A stretch of 63,897 bases of DNA, the filler included, from Reticulomyxa filosa (taxonomy: Eukaryota; Protista; Foraminifera): assembly GCA_000512085.1 (NCBI GenBank). It is 23 parts of 23 records of this genome, joined end to end, with 100 filler letters (N's around TTAATTAATTAA, not from the genome) between each part and the next. Parts side by side here need not be neighbours in the genome. Positions count along the whole stretch, not along the records: positions 25,250 to 29,412 come from ASPP01021224.1; positions 29,513 to 34,749 come from ASPP01020271.1; positions 34,850 to 36,503 come from ASPP01046506.1; positions 36,604 to 38,911 come from ASPP01027395.1; 19 more parts are not named here. One strand, written 5' to 3'. The first letter of the stretch is position 1, and each line of letters opens with the position of its first letter. Below, one piece after another: positions 25,250 through 39,011 of the stretch. Made by a program: the position numbers and the translations under genes. The notes below the pieces were generated by a model that was given only the letters and a program-made list of their open reading frames with translations, was not told where the DNA came from and did not search any database.

Positions 25250-26792
25250 TAATAATAATAATAATGATAATAATAATAATAACAATAATAATACTAATAA
25301 ATAGAACAATATTCTGGTCGAAATTGAGAAACTGAATAATGATTTCAAAGATAAAATGAAAGCAGCCCGGACACAAGATGACGAAAATGCAAAAATGAAA
25401 GAAAAAATCCAAAAGCATTTGCAAACCATTCAATCGAACGAAAAGCAGCTTTTGAAAAAAGAAAATGAAATAAAAAAGATGCAAAAACAACACTGGGAAG
25501 AAATAAGCAAACTTTGTACTGATAGGGAGACAATGGAAAAAAGTTTCGTTGAAAAGGAAAAACAAACATCAGTTCATTATGAGCAATTGATGAAAGAGTT
25601 GAAAGAAAAGAATGCTGAACTTGGACAAAATGATAGAAAGGATATTCACCAGCAAAATGGCAGACAAAGACAAGAACAAAAGGAAGAAGTTCAATGCGCT
25701 AATCAATTTTCTTGTTCTTCTATTGTTGATTCTGATTTGTTTCGTTCTGCTAAATTACTTAAGATTTGTCATGGACATACATCTACCGTGTGGAGTATTG
25801 ATTATTCAACATTTAATGATGGTCAGTTCCTTTGTTCCGGATCATTGGACAAAACAATTCGTGTGTGGGATATAAAAACAGCCAAACAGCTCAAAATATT
25901 CCATGGACATTCGGATTATGTATCTTGTGTGAAATTTTCATCATATCATCATTATAATAATCACAGTTTAATCACTTGTTCAGCGTCAAGTGATAGTACC
26001 ATTCGATTTTGGGATTTCAAAACGGAGAAAACATTTCGAACATTTATTGGACATGCTGATACAGTTAGTAGTATTCAATTTTCGCCATTCAATCATGGTC
26101 GATATTTATGCTCTGGATCATTTGATGAGACAATTTGTTTATGGGATATTGAAACGCACAAGTCATTACATTTTTTTAAAGGTCATACAAATAGTGTTGC
26201 GTGTGTAGACTTTTCACCATTGCAAAGCAGTATTGATGTCAATGGAAATAGAAATGCTGGTGTTGGTATTATTGGTGGTAATGGATATACCATTTGTTCT
26301 GGATCAAGTGATAAAACCATTCGTTTATGGGATGTTGAAACGACAAAAGAATTGACTGTTTTTAAAGGACATAATGATACAGTGAGAAGTGTAAAATATT
26401 CACCATATGATGGATACAGTGGAAATATAATATGTTCTGGATCGTGGGATAAAACAGTTCGTTTATGGGATATTCGAACCAATAAACAAATTAAAGTGTT
26501 AAATGGGCATACCGATTATATAACTTGTGTTGATTTTTCACCATTTACGACTAACAGCAACAATGAAAAAATTGGTTGCTCACGTGTAATATGCTCTGCA
26601 TCATTTGACAATACTATTCGTTTTTGGGATGCTCGAATGCCTAAACAATTACAGATAATCAACGAAAATAAACATAGTCGTAAAATACTATGTCTTCAAT
26701 TTGTTTCTATGAAAAATAAGAGCAATTGTAGCAAGTATAGTAATATCTTGTGCTATGGCTCGTCCGATGGTTTTGTATGTATGTATGGATAG
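25250..26792 (+). CDS. Coiled-coil + WD40-repeat protein (5'-truncated)
   Basis: Six clear GH...SGS/SAS.D.TIR.WD repeats plus a degenerate seventh, after a K/E/Q coiled coil; intact ORF. Confidence 0.93.
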
Positions 26793-27486
26793 ATTTACCT
26801 CCTCACATATTTTGTATTGTTTTTAAAAATGAAAAAAGGGAATAGTAATGGAATAGCTGAATTATTTTTTTTCTGTGAAAGTAATGACTTTGTGTTTTTA
26901 AAGTACAACTCGTTGTAATTAGAAAAAGATAAAAAACCATTTTACAGCAATACGGAGTGAAGAATGCTCACTGATACAATAAAAAAATTCAACTGTTATC
27001 ATCAAACAAACTTTGATTGTTTTGATTTTTACACCAATTGAATAAAATCAAAAACATGATTACAAATAAACGTCAAACAAAAAAATTTTATTTGCTATCA
27101 AAGAATATTGGTATCTTGTAAAAAAAAAATTCATTTTATTAAAAGACAAGTATATTTATCTTCGATTGCAATTTTATTATTAAGTAACTGTTTGCACTGC
27201 AATGTAAACTAACCCAATGAAATGTCCAATATCAATTTACACAAGCAAATTCATAAATACAAAAAAGTTTCAAAATCCAATAATTTGAAGATATTCAATT
27301 GAACTTAGCATTTAAATATTCCATGTGACATTTCTAAAGATCAATTTACCAGTAAAAACCGTATCGTGATATAAACAAAATTAAACGAGACTGGGAAAAT
27401 TGTTTTAGTTAATGATTAAATATAAGAAATTATGTTTATTTGAATAACAACATAAAAAAATTGATGTCATAATTTTTTAACTACTC

Positions 27487-28890
27487 TCACTCTTCTTCCG
27501 ACTGTTGGCAACCAGGATATTGCCTCAATTTACTTCCAGTATATCCCGGTTTAGAAGCGTGAGCAGAACTTACCCGTTGACATACACGTGAAGAAAATTC
27601 ATTATTGTCATGAAAACTTGACGCAACTTCAATTTTTTTCTGAAGGTCTTCAATTTTTTTTTCTGACATCACCTTTCCAAAATTTTCAAACAAATTATTA
27701 ACACAAATTTAAAAAAAGTAAATGTTTGTACTAAACTCTGTCATTTTCCAAGCACTGAACATACAAATTGGCATGTGTCAAAGCATCTTGGTAATTTTGA
27801 AGTTGACTATTCATTTCATTTAATCTTTGTTGCAACTGCTGGATTTTGGCATCTTTGTCTTTGCCAGTGTTCAATTGTGAATGCGATAGTTCTGAGCTCT
27901 TCTCAACAAACAAAACAAAGAAACATTTTAATTGATGTTATAAGCATAAACGCTTAACAAACTGTTATATGTTACAAGCATAGTGAAAATCAATTAAAAT
28001 AAAATATAAAGTAAATAAAACTTAAGTACATAAAAAAACCTTGGTCGAGTCAAACAGCCTTCTTGGCGCAAGTTTGCAATCAGTATGCTTTTTGACCTTA
28101 TCTTTGGAGCTGCTTTGAATTGGTGTTACATGTTCAAGTTGTCTGATGTTTATTGTTTCGGCTTCTTGTGTTGCCTTCTTTCTTTGACCAGTCGCTTTGT
28201 TTTTTTTTAAAAAAATTGTGGGGATGCCCCTTTGGTGTCCATCCTCACTCCTCTTTAAAGATATTTGTTAGACTAAACCTGACGTGGAATGATAAATAGT
28301 TGGAAAGGAGGAAAATTCATGACGAACATGTTGAACAGGGTTCCGAGAGGAAACGCCAGCGTCTAATTTTCTTTTTTGAAGCGTTTGGTTTTGCTCTTCT
28401 TCTTGTTTTGCTTGCTCTTTTTCCGTCTTTTGACCGTCATTGGTACGTTCGCAAACCATGGCCCTTTCGTCTACCTTTTGTTTCTTGTCCTGCTTTCCAT
28501 CAACCTCACCACCGCGCACTTTCGCACTGCTTTTCTCTTGTTTTTCGCCCTTTTTAAAAAAACTTTTAGTTATTCCTCTTTTTGAAATAAAAAAAGTAAA
28601 AAGTAAAATAAATTCTAAAAAACGACGATAAAATTAGTTTTAAGAAAAACAAAAGTAAATAAAGCAAATTATGTCACTTACACACCAAGTGAGTCTGAAA
28701 AGTCTTTGTGGTACATCTTGTTTCAACCTCCAGAGTTTGCTGATGGAACTGTGTCCTCATTCGAGTGAACACGATCGTGTTACTCTCGTTTTCGACGTCG
28801 TTGTTGTTGGGTTGTTGTGTGTTGCTGTGCTTTTCTTGTTTGGTCTTTGACTTGTCGGTTGGGTTTTCATTTGGTGCTTTTGCATTTACT
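27487..28890 (-). CDS. Hypothetical multi-exon coiled-coil protein (possibly degenerate)
   Basis: Several K/E/Q-rich exon-like segments (e.g. KDAKIQQLQQRLNEMNSQLQNYQDAL) separated by AT-rich introns; no family recognised. Confidence 0.35.
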
Positions 28891-29379
28891 TTTTTATTAT
28901 ATCTTAATTTATATATTTAAATATATAAACTAATAAATAAATGTAAATATTGTTTTACTATTTATTGTCAATTAATTACAAATAAATAAAACAAAAACTG
29001 TAATCAGGCAAATAAGTTGCAAATTCACTAGGTATTAAGCTTTGATTGCACTCGCTGTCCAGAACATTGTCACTTGTATCTTCTTCCTTTTTTTTTTTTT
29101 TTGTTTTGTATGTAATGTCAGCACGATTTTACAAACAAGCGTTATTTTGAATAAACTGTTTTTGGCAACGCAAAATTGGAAACAGCACAATTCGTCTGGT
29201 CATTCATCGTGCCACTCATCATTCCGTTTTTTTGAGGCACATTGCAAAACGTCCATACATCTTCACATATCGCAATCTTTTCCTTCCTTTTGTCCCTCCT
29301 ATTTTTCGTCTCATTCTTTTTTCTCGGCGCAATTACCATCTCTTCTTTTGTTTCAATCATACTTTTATTATCATCATTG

Positions 29380-29412
<33 letters not shown>

Positions 29413-29599
29413 NNNNNNNNNNNNNNNNNNNNNNNNNNNNNNNNNNNNNNNNNNNNTTAATTAATTAANNNNNNNNNNNNNNNNNNNNNNNNNNNNNNNN
29501 NNNNNNNNNNNNAAAAAAAAAAAAAAAAAAAAAAAAAAAGAAAAGCAAATAAACAAACAAATGAACGAGCGAAAGAAAGAAATAGCACAATGTTTGAAA

Positions 29600-29861
29600 C
29601 TGATAAAATTTTAAAGTTAGTGCTGGAGATACGATCGGAGTTTGCAATCAAAAACACCAGAAAATTCAATAATGCCATTGTTAACGCATCGTTCAATTGC
29701 GCTATGCTCTCACTCAACTTCTCGTTCACGCTGGTGACTACCGAGGCCCATTCTTGAATGTCTCCTCTTTCACCTTTCCATTTCTTTGTCGTTATTGACT
29801 GCACCTCCTCCCATTTCAATTCCTTCGACATTAAAAATGTCCTTTCAATTTCTTCAGCCAT
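29600..29861 (-). CDS. Hypothetical protein, first exon (runs off contig)
   Basis: ATG-initiated helical ORF MAEEIERTFLMSKELKWEE... with higher GC than its flanks. Confidence 0.45.
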
Positions 29862-32389
29862 TGGGTGCTTTTTTGTTTGTTGGTTTTTTAATGTACTTTC
29901 CTTTTAACTTTTTAAATTACTAAAGACTAGAGGGGGAAATAAAAACGAAAACTGAATATAAACTGTTCTTATATTATTACTCAAACTTACTCTTTTCTGT
30001 GAAGAAAAGGACTCAGGCTTCCAGTTAAATTCATCTGCAAGCGTTGAATGTGATTTCCTCATGTTTTTGAATTTTTTTTTTTGATCCTTTTTTTGTTGAA
30101 GACGTTGAGACTGGAAAAAAGAATTTTTTTACAATAATATTCAGAAGTGGATTAAATAAAAGAAATTCTTTTTCTTAAAAAAAACTCAGTAACTCCACAA
30201 CAAAAACATTTTCACTTCTTTAATAGTTGCTTGTTTTCCGAAATTCAACAAATTGTTATTATTCTTTAATATCTTTAATTAAAGGTTGGATCAATATCCT
30301 TTAATAAAAATATTTATTTGCCTCATTTTAACTTATTAGTTATATTAACCAAAATTATGTATTACTTAATATCGAATATCGATAGTAATTCTCATGTTTC
30401 TTTTGCACTAACTAAGAATTTTTTTATGAAGAATTGCCGAAATTTTAAGTTTTTTTGAAAATTTTTTTTAAATTTTTTGCCTTTTTTGTTGTTTTTTGAC
30501 TGCTTTTGTGCACTTTATTTTGTATTATTCGTCGTTTTGCAGCTTTTATTAAAATTATTTTTTACGTTCTTTTTTATTCTTCAAAATAGTTACAATAACC
30601 AAAATAATGTTTATTTTGGAAAAAAAATCTATTGAAAATTCTTGATTAATTTATTTTTAAGCAACATTTATATCGTTTATTATTGCTAGTAGCACTTGAG
30701 CGAAGATAAACAAAGTATTTTTAAATTACGCTCCGAAAAATTGACACTAAATGGCAAAAAGTCAAAAAAATTAAAATCAAGCTTAAAAAACTTTCATTTA
30801 AACTACTATTCTTAACATAATAGTTACTTTGTCATTTATTTTTGTTTTTTTAGCTATATTAATGATTTTTATTTTTAATGCACTTTTTCAACAATTTTTT
30901 TTTATTCGTTTACATTGCGAAATCTTGTTATTTTTTAAAAATAGTGCAAAATATTTACGGTAGAACATTTTTTGAAACCACTTTTTAAAAGGTTGGTAAA
31001 TTTCATGGTTGCAATGTGGTTACAATTGTCAAAAATTTTGAAAAATCAATAAAATATTCAAATAATGATTAATGATTTAATAAAACCAAATCATATTTAA
31101 AAACTATACTATTCATTTACAACGTAATACTATATACATAAATTGTTCTAATTCTTTTAATTGTTATATTTTTGTTCTATGTAATGATTAAGTATTTCAA
31201 TGTTTGTGATATTTTGCTTCTTTTGTTCTGATTCAATTTGCAACTTGTATATTTTCTTAGAAAGTATGCAATACATCAGCTATCATTCGCCTTTTGCTTT
31301 GTGCTTAACAATATGATACCACGTGTCTACCATGTCCACAAAGAAAATATAATATTTTTTATGTTTTTTTTAATAAGTTTAAAAAAATTTAATTTACATT
31401 TGCATTAAATTAAAATGTCTCTTCTTATTATCTCGACTTTCCATGTATTTTCGTTTTTTAGAGAATCTTGTTCTTGATAACACTGTCTCATGTTAATGCT
31501 TTTCATTATAAATTTGATCTGTGGCTAGCAGTGAACTTTCAATAATATTTGAGTAATTTTCTTGATTTTAAAATATTACAAACTGAAAAGTTAATACTGT
31601 ACATCAAGTTTAAAAAAGAAAAAATTAGTCTTCATATGTACTTTTTTATGTCTCTATTTTCAAGTTTTTTAATCAAACAAAAACAGATAAATTTTCGTTT
31701 GGAAAATGTCAAAATTTGCAATTATTTCTTACTTTTACAACCTTATTGTGACAACTAAGAGATTTGTACTTTGTGATTTGTCAATTGAGTACTTATCGAA
31801 AAATTTCTATTCATGTTATCGTGGCAACACATACTAAAAGTTTGAAAATGAAAAGAAGTGGAAGAAGGCACTAATAAAGACAAAAAAAATAGCAAATCAA
31901 AAGCAAACAAGCTAAAACAATGCAACAAATCGACGAAAAAAAAAACTGCAAAAAAGGAAGAGAAAGCAGACCGTGGAGGGAGCAAGAAACGAGCATACAT
32001 GGAATATAAAAACTTGAAAAGCCTGGGAGGGGAGAGGAGTATGGCAATGGTGAGAGCATACCAGCAAAATGCTATTCCCACATTGTGACACTAAAAAACT
32101 CAAGTCTCTCTTCCCCCCCCTCCTCCCTTTCCCACAAATGACCAAAAGCAGGACAAGTTTACAAAAGGAAGTAAAAGATGTTGCAAGCTACTCTCGCAAT
32201 CCCAATACTATCCAACGACGAAAAAAAGGTGACGAAAAAAAGGTAAACCTTTCGTTTCTTGGCGTGACAAGCACTCAAGACGATGAATGAGAAAAAACGA
32301 TATATATGTATATATATATATATGTATATATATATATTTATATATGTGTATACAATATGCGTATATGCATATATAAATATGCACCGAAG

Positions 32390-32877
32390 TAGTCGATGGC
32401 TCTGGTTTAAATAACTATCGACAACAAAACAAGCCAAGTTTTGTGACAGAAATGAAGAGCATATGAACGACAAAAGAACAAAACTGCGACAATGTTTTTT
32501 AGCCTCATGGATGGCGTTTGTATCCACTTCGTCTCTATGGCCAGCAATGTCATGTTCGATAGTTTGTGTAAAGCTCGCGCTTTTATCCCACTTTTCAGGC
32601 ATGAAACAGCGCATTAATGTCTGAAGAGATTGGAACTTGTGTTCGACGAGTCTGTGTTCCATCTGTTGCACATCAACGGTGCCAGCGCCAAGACTTTTGA
32701 GAGTTGCACTAGTCCGCTTGTATTCGTGAATGGCAGTCCATTTCACAGCGCGCGCCTCCTTACTGCCACGCTTGAGAACGCCAATCCACTTTTTACTTGA
32801 TGGGGATGATTGCACAAGAGAAGAGGGGGATTCGAATAGCCATTTCATTACCGAGTTATTTACAAATGTGACAACCC

Positions 32878-32926
<49 letters not shown>

Positions 32927-34269
32927 GTTCTCATTGTCGGCAAAACGATACACTGACTCGATTCGATCCAAAGCGAGCACACCAACATTGGCATTGTCCT
33001 CTCGTGAGTGCTTATATTCCAAAACGTCCCCTGTCAATACGAAATAAAACTCTTTGTATTGTTTCACCACGGTGCCTTGCTTGTCCACGTTTTCGCGAGC
33101 AAACAGCAGCGTCCCGTCACAAGCGACGGTGTGTGTGAGATGGGGTCGAATTGCACACACGTCGACACGTTTGGTGTCTTCCTGTTTTTCGTCTTCACTC
33201 AATCTTTTTTTTTTTTAATGTATTCATTTATTGATTGATTTATTCATTCATTCAATTCATTCATTTATTTATCAAAAAAAAAAAAAAAAAAAAAAAGAGT
33301 GTTTAAACACATACAAAGGTTTGTCTCCGAGTGCCACCGACAGCGAGGCCGACGTCTCTATCACAAAGTCGTCTTTGTCGACCGCCCAGCCACGCAGTTC
33401 TAATCTTTTTTCGACATTGCTTTTTTTGGCCTTTCCTTTTTGGTGTTCGTTATCATCGGCAAGTTTGGCATCTTCATTGTCTTTGCTTTTATCGCAAAGT
33501 GTTGTTCCAAGACTTTGCTTGTAAAGAGATTGGACATGAAAGGTGTCGAAATTTCTTTCAAACAACGCCAACTGTTGCAAATGCTCTCGCAACGCATGAC
33601 GATGCCTTTTTTTGGCATCGATCAATTTGTTGACCCAGTGGCGACATAGCGCCGAATTTTCACCGCGCATTTGCAAAGTGGTGTTATCAAAGTAAATATT
33701 AAATCGTGTGCCGCTGGCCTTTTCCACACATAAACAGATCCAACATACGTTTGCCAACTTCCATCGATACTCGGGTTCCACATCCGTCTCTTTTCGGTAC
33801 GCACTCAAATAATGCGTAGTCAATTTAAAGTATCGATTTTCCCATAACTTTTTTCCAAACACTTGTTGCATCGTTTTGCGTTCCAATGCCCCTTGCATTA
33901 ACATTGCTTCTTCTTCCTTTTTCACTTTTGTCTCTATTTGCTTCACTTGCTTTTCTAACTCTTTTGCTTTCTTTGAAAATGTTTCCAAATTCCACACTTC
34001 CACGGCTTTCGCTGCTTCCTTTTCTTCGTCTTTTTCTCTTCTCTTTTCGCTCAAACTGTCCAACTCGTAGTCTTTTGTCAACCCCCACATACTCTTATAT
34101 GCATGCGCCCATTGTTTGTCCCTTTTCAAAAACTTTTTTTTTTTTAATTGACGTCCACTACAAAAAAAATAAATAATTGTTCCCATTGGTTTGTCAGAGT
34201 CTAGATACCAGAGTATTCTTCATCGTCACGGAAGCCCATATCTCCACTTTCACTGTTTTCATATTCCAT
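32390..34269 (-). CDS. Protein with two PH domains, multi-exon
   Basis: PH1: LMQGALERK..KKLWENRYFKLT..LSAY...MRGENSALCRHWVNKL. PH2: ACDGTLLF..KEFYFVLTGDVLEY...KKWIGVL. Includes a poly-Asn insert. Confidence 0.8.
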
Positions 34270-34849
34270 TTTTTCTGGATTCTTTGTTTTTTCCTATTTT
34301 TGTCTTGTCCTTCCTTTCGTCTTATTGTGAAATGGAATTTTGGATTGTGGCTTGTTCCTTCTGCAATTCTTCGTTTGCTAGATTACTTGCTCGAGTTGAC
34401 ACCGTTTGTCCAATGCTTTTTCCATTTACAAACAACCAAAAATACTGTAGCTTGAAAAAAAAAATAAGTGCAGTATGCTATTTTATAATACTTTTAATAT
34501 TTCTAATGATGGGACTGATAGTTTCAACTTACTCATTTGTATTTTGATATTTTTTACTTTAAAATTTTTTTTGTGCGTTTTAAATTGTTTTTTTTACGAT
34601 ACATATCATATTTTTTCAACTTTTTGTGTTAAATTTGTAAAACTTATACAGTATATTGTAAAAAAAACTTCTAATGAGTCCATATAAATTGAGCATGTAT
34701 TGAAAATAAGAAATTTTAAAATTTTTTTATTTTCATTTTAGGAATCTTCNNNNNNNNNNNNNNNNNNNNNNNNNNNNNNNNNNNNNNNNNNNNTTAATTA
34801 ATTAANNNNNNNNNNNNNNNNNNNNNNNNNNNNNNNNNNNNNNNNNNNN

Positions 34850-36459
34850 CATGGATGAATCATTAATTGTCGGAGAGAATTGCTTGAAGCAATCCTTTAG
34901 TCAAAACCCAAATTCTTGTCCAATTGAATCACATAACAACTGTTTGTATTTACAAAATCGATTGGCAAAGCGATACATTGGAAAATTAGACGTGATTTGT
35001 CCTCGACAATTTGAACGAGGACAAGGATACGAAGAAGGAGAAACTTCTGGATTTGTGAATTGTGATTTTAAAGGAAAGATTAAACAGGTGGATTATCATT
35101 TGGAAAATTCTTTTTGTTTACAAGTAGTCAAGTGCTTGTTTGAGCCATTTGGATGTAATTATACATGTTTAAAATCTATAACACAAGACCATTTGATTTC
35201 GAATATGCAATTGCATTTTAATTTGGTTATCAAATCTTTTAATGCATTAAAACAAAATATTCAACAATATCAGGTATCATTCCTTTTTTTTTGAAAGGTG
35301 GATTTTAATCATTTTGAACAAATGCAAATAGGAGGAGATAAAGAAATTGAATTTGGAAAATGAAAGACTTAAAGTGGAATTAAAGCTGAAAGGAAAAAAA
35401 GATGAGAAACAACAATTGGAGCAAAATCAAAAAGACATTCTTTAATTCAATTCTTCTCAGGTTTGATGCTGTTTTGTTTCTAAAGTATGAAATATCAAAG
35501 GAAAGAAAACAATGATTAAACAGAAAATAACACTCCTTGAAATGGAAAAATTGAAAAAAGATATTGAATCAAAAGATAATGAAATTAAAAAAATAAAAGA
35601 AATGCAACAAAAAAATTTGGAAGAAAAAAATAAACAGATTAATGACAGCAAAGAAGAACAAAAAAGAAAATAATAAAAATGATAATTTATCAACATCAAT
35701 TAATTTTAAGCTGGTACGTTCTTTTACATTACTTAGGACATTCACTGGACATACCAGTTATGTGTATAGTATTGATTATTCAGCATTTGATGATTGTCAA
35801 TTCATTTGTTCCGAATCACATGATAAACACAGTTCGTGTATGAGATGTTGGTAAACAACAAACAAATTCAATCATTCAATGGACATTCATATGCTGTGTA
35901 TTGTGTGAAATTTTCACAGTATCATTACCATAATAATCGGCAAAATGTCATTTTTTCTTCATCATTTGACAATACCATTCGTTTTTGGGATTTCAAACAT
36001 AATCAACAATTGTAATTATTCAAAGGACATGAAGATATAGTACGTAGTGTAAAGTATGGATCAAATGAATTAGTAAATACAATACTATCTGGATCTGTAG
36101 ATAAGAGTATCCGTTTGTGGGATATTCGATCTCGTAAACAAATTCAAATTTTCAATGGACATACAAATCAAGTATGGTTTGTCGAATATACATCATTTGT
36201 AATAAAGAATGGTAGTGGTAATTCAAATGTAATATGTTCTGGATCACTTGATAATACAATTCAATTTTGGGATATTCGATCAAATAAAAATGAATTGTAT
36301 GTGATCAAAGGAAATGATAAAGAAGATAATGGAATATTGTGTCTTAAGTTATTGTCATTAAAAAAGAAAGAGAAGAACATTGGAAATACAAAAGATATTG
36401 CCTATGATTTAAACTTGTGTTATGGTTCAAGAAACCGCCCCATTCGTATTTGGGGATAA
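34850..36459 (+). pseudogene. Degenerate RING/TRAF-type Zn-finger + coiled-coil + WD40 gene
   Basis: GENCL...CPI..H, VICP..CDFKG....HLE...C.F..FGC......HL (TRAF-like), then WD40 repeats. In-frame stops near 35442, 35671 and 36013 and a frameshift near 35830. Confidence 0.8.
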
Positions 36460-37881
36460 TTTGCATTTATCCAACAGAAATGAAAGTTGTTTTTTTTTTT
36501 TTTNNNNNNNNNNNNNNNNNNNNNNNNNNNNNNNNNNNNNNNNNNNNTTAATTAATTAANNNNNNNNNNNNNNNNNNNNNNNNNNNNNNNNNNNNNNNNN
36601 NNNAGTTTCTCACATTTTCATTAGCGTATGCAATGCTGCGTTAAATGATAAACTTCCACTCTTACAGTGCGAAAAACCATTGCTGCACTTTTTTGAAAAT
36701 GAACAAGTTACGACTGTATTTACGTTTGTAGAGAACCATAAAATAGAAAACTTATGATGTTTCACAGCATTTTTTGCTATGTACAAGTATACTGAAACTT
36801 GTGTTGAAATACAAATTCGTGTCTGATGATTTTTCATAATTTTCAAAAATTTTTTTAAAAGTTGAACCAACATTTGGTTGTGTTTGTTTTTTTTAGATAA
36901 AAGTATTGAAAAGAGAAATTATTTACAATGAAGTTTAACAGAGTACTTTTTTAAAGTATGTGTTGTGTTATTTGTTGCTTTTATGTTTTTGGGGAAGTTG
37001 CTTGCTTTGCTGGTCTTGTTTTTCGCTTTTTCAACACTTCAACTTTTTCTACTGACTTCTTTTGTTTGTTTAATATTACTGTTATTCTTACCATTACTTT
37101 TTTTTTTGCAAATTATTTTTTGGTAAAAGTAAATCGTTTTGATGATCAGGAATGTCATATTTTTTCGACATCGCTTTCCAGCGCTTATTTCTTCTAGAAT
37201 TCAATGTCCGAATGTCTATTATTCCCGGATTTGTTGAGTAATTTTTGAAGTGTTTTGCTCTTCGTGACTTGTACGGATCAAAGGCAAACTTCATTGGTCT
37301 TCGTTCTAAATAATAGATATTCTTGATGCTTTCAAGTTCGTGTAGTCATGATAATAACAAAAAAAATGAATATGGGTATCTTTTCAAAATTAATTTTTTT
37401 TTGTAAAGTGCAAGGATTGACAATCTATAAAAAGGTACTCACATGTGATGATTGTTTGCTTTGCTAATGTTAGTGGATTGTTTCGCATGTCTTAATACAA
37501 TATGATGCAAGTCTAAGGAGCTATGATTGTGTTTAATTTGCGTTTGTTCATCATTGTCTGAAGTGAACATCGAAGTAGGTTTTGATTGGACCATGACGCA
37601 CCAGAGCAATTTTTACTTGAAACCACTGTTTGAATAGAACAAGTACTATTATTCATCAAGGCAACGTGACCTTAAATACATTTGTAAAAATGGGAAAACT
37701 TTCAAATAAATATCAAACAACATCCAGTATAAAGAACAAAGAATTTTAGTACCTTAATTTCCCATTATTTACGACATTAAAAAAAATATTTTTAAGAACA
37801 TAGATTAAAAATGATCACTTAGACAAAGTTATCTTTGGTTCAGGATAAAACACTCAAATTCAAAAACACATTGTAATGTTA

Positions 37882-38911
37882 TCACAAATCATTCATATCT
37901 ATTTCTACTTCATTTCGTCTGAAAAAAGAATTGGAGCTGTTTTTGTTCAATGATTGTCTTTCATTCCATTCGACGTTCCAGCTGCAAGAAAAAGCCGTAT
38001 TGGAAGAATAATTATGTGTTGGATTGGAATGCTTGCTCGAAATATTGTCCCAGCGAAGAACTGTTTCTTTTGAATCGAAGCAATTGTTATTATCATTTGA
38101 ATTCTCCCAACCCCAGTTTAATTTTGAATTGATTGACAACTTTCCATTTGGAGCGGTCGCAAGTGATGGTTTTGAAGTTTTGAGAGAGGAGCTATCAAAA
38201 TCCGATAAGTCACTCAAAGTCTCTGTATTCAGAGGAGAAGAAGCAAGAGGTTTCCATGAGATGCTAGCAAAACGATGTGTGATCGAATCAAACCGCCGTC
38301 TTTTTTTAGAAAAGCTGTGACGTTCATCTGAGGTCTTATCATCGCTGGAGCAATCAAAAGAGGAAGGACTGTCACCTATTTTATCCACCATAATGCGCAA
38401 CATCAAAACACGCAATCTAGAAAACAAAAACAAAAACAAAAAACAACAAAAACTGGAATTATCAAAATCAAAATCTTTTCGTAATCTTTTCTTAGGAATT
38501 CGGTTGATTGGTGTCACATTGTTGTCACTGCAATTGTTAAAATGATTGTGATTGTGACAATGGGTTTGATTGAAATTGTGACTTTGATAGCGACTTGAAT
38601 GTGCGCAAGCAGAGCAAGCAGGAATATACAAATAGAAATGTCTTTTCGAGCAAGAGTTGGAGTTTTGAAACAATGTGGAATTGGGTGGGCAGTTGTCACC
38701 ATGTTGGCACTTCCAAACGGACTGATTCGTGTCCAACAAGCACGGCCAATCACGTCCAAACATGCACACATTGCCGCGCAACAGACTCTGACAAGTCTCG
38801 TCAAAGGTTTTTTGATTTTGGTGAAACAATTGTGACGCATCCAAATTATGAATCATTGATATCTTTGGTATTGGGGAACTTATATTCGAATCTTTCCTTC
38901 TGCTGTTATAC
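37882..38911 (-). CDS. Hypothetical Ser/Asn-rich protein with a Cys/His-rich N-terminal part
   Basis: 324-aa ORF with CQSLLRGNVCMFGRDWPC..CQHGDNC, a probable internal intron near 38400-38450 and a KKRRR basic patch. Confidence 0.45.
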
Positions 38912-39011
38912 NNNNNNNNNNNNNNNNNNNNNNNNNNNNNNNNNNNNNNNNNNNNTTAATTAATTAANNNNNNNNNNNNNNNNNNNNNNNNNNNNNNNNN
39001 NNNNNNNNNNN

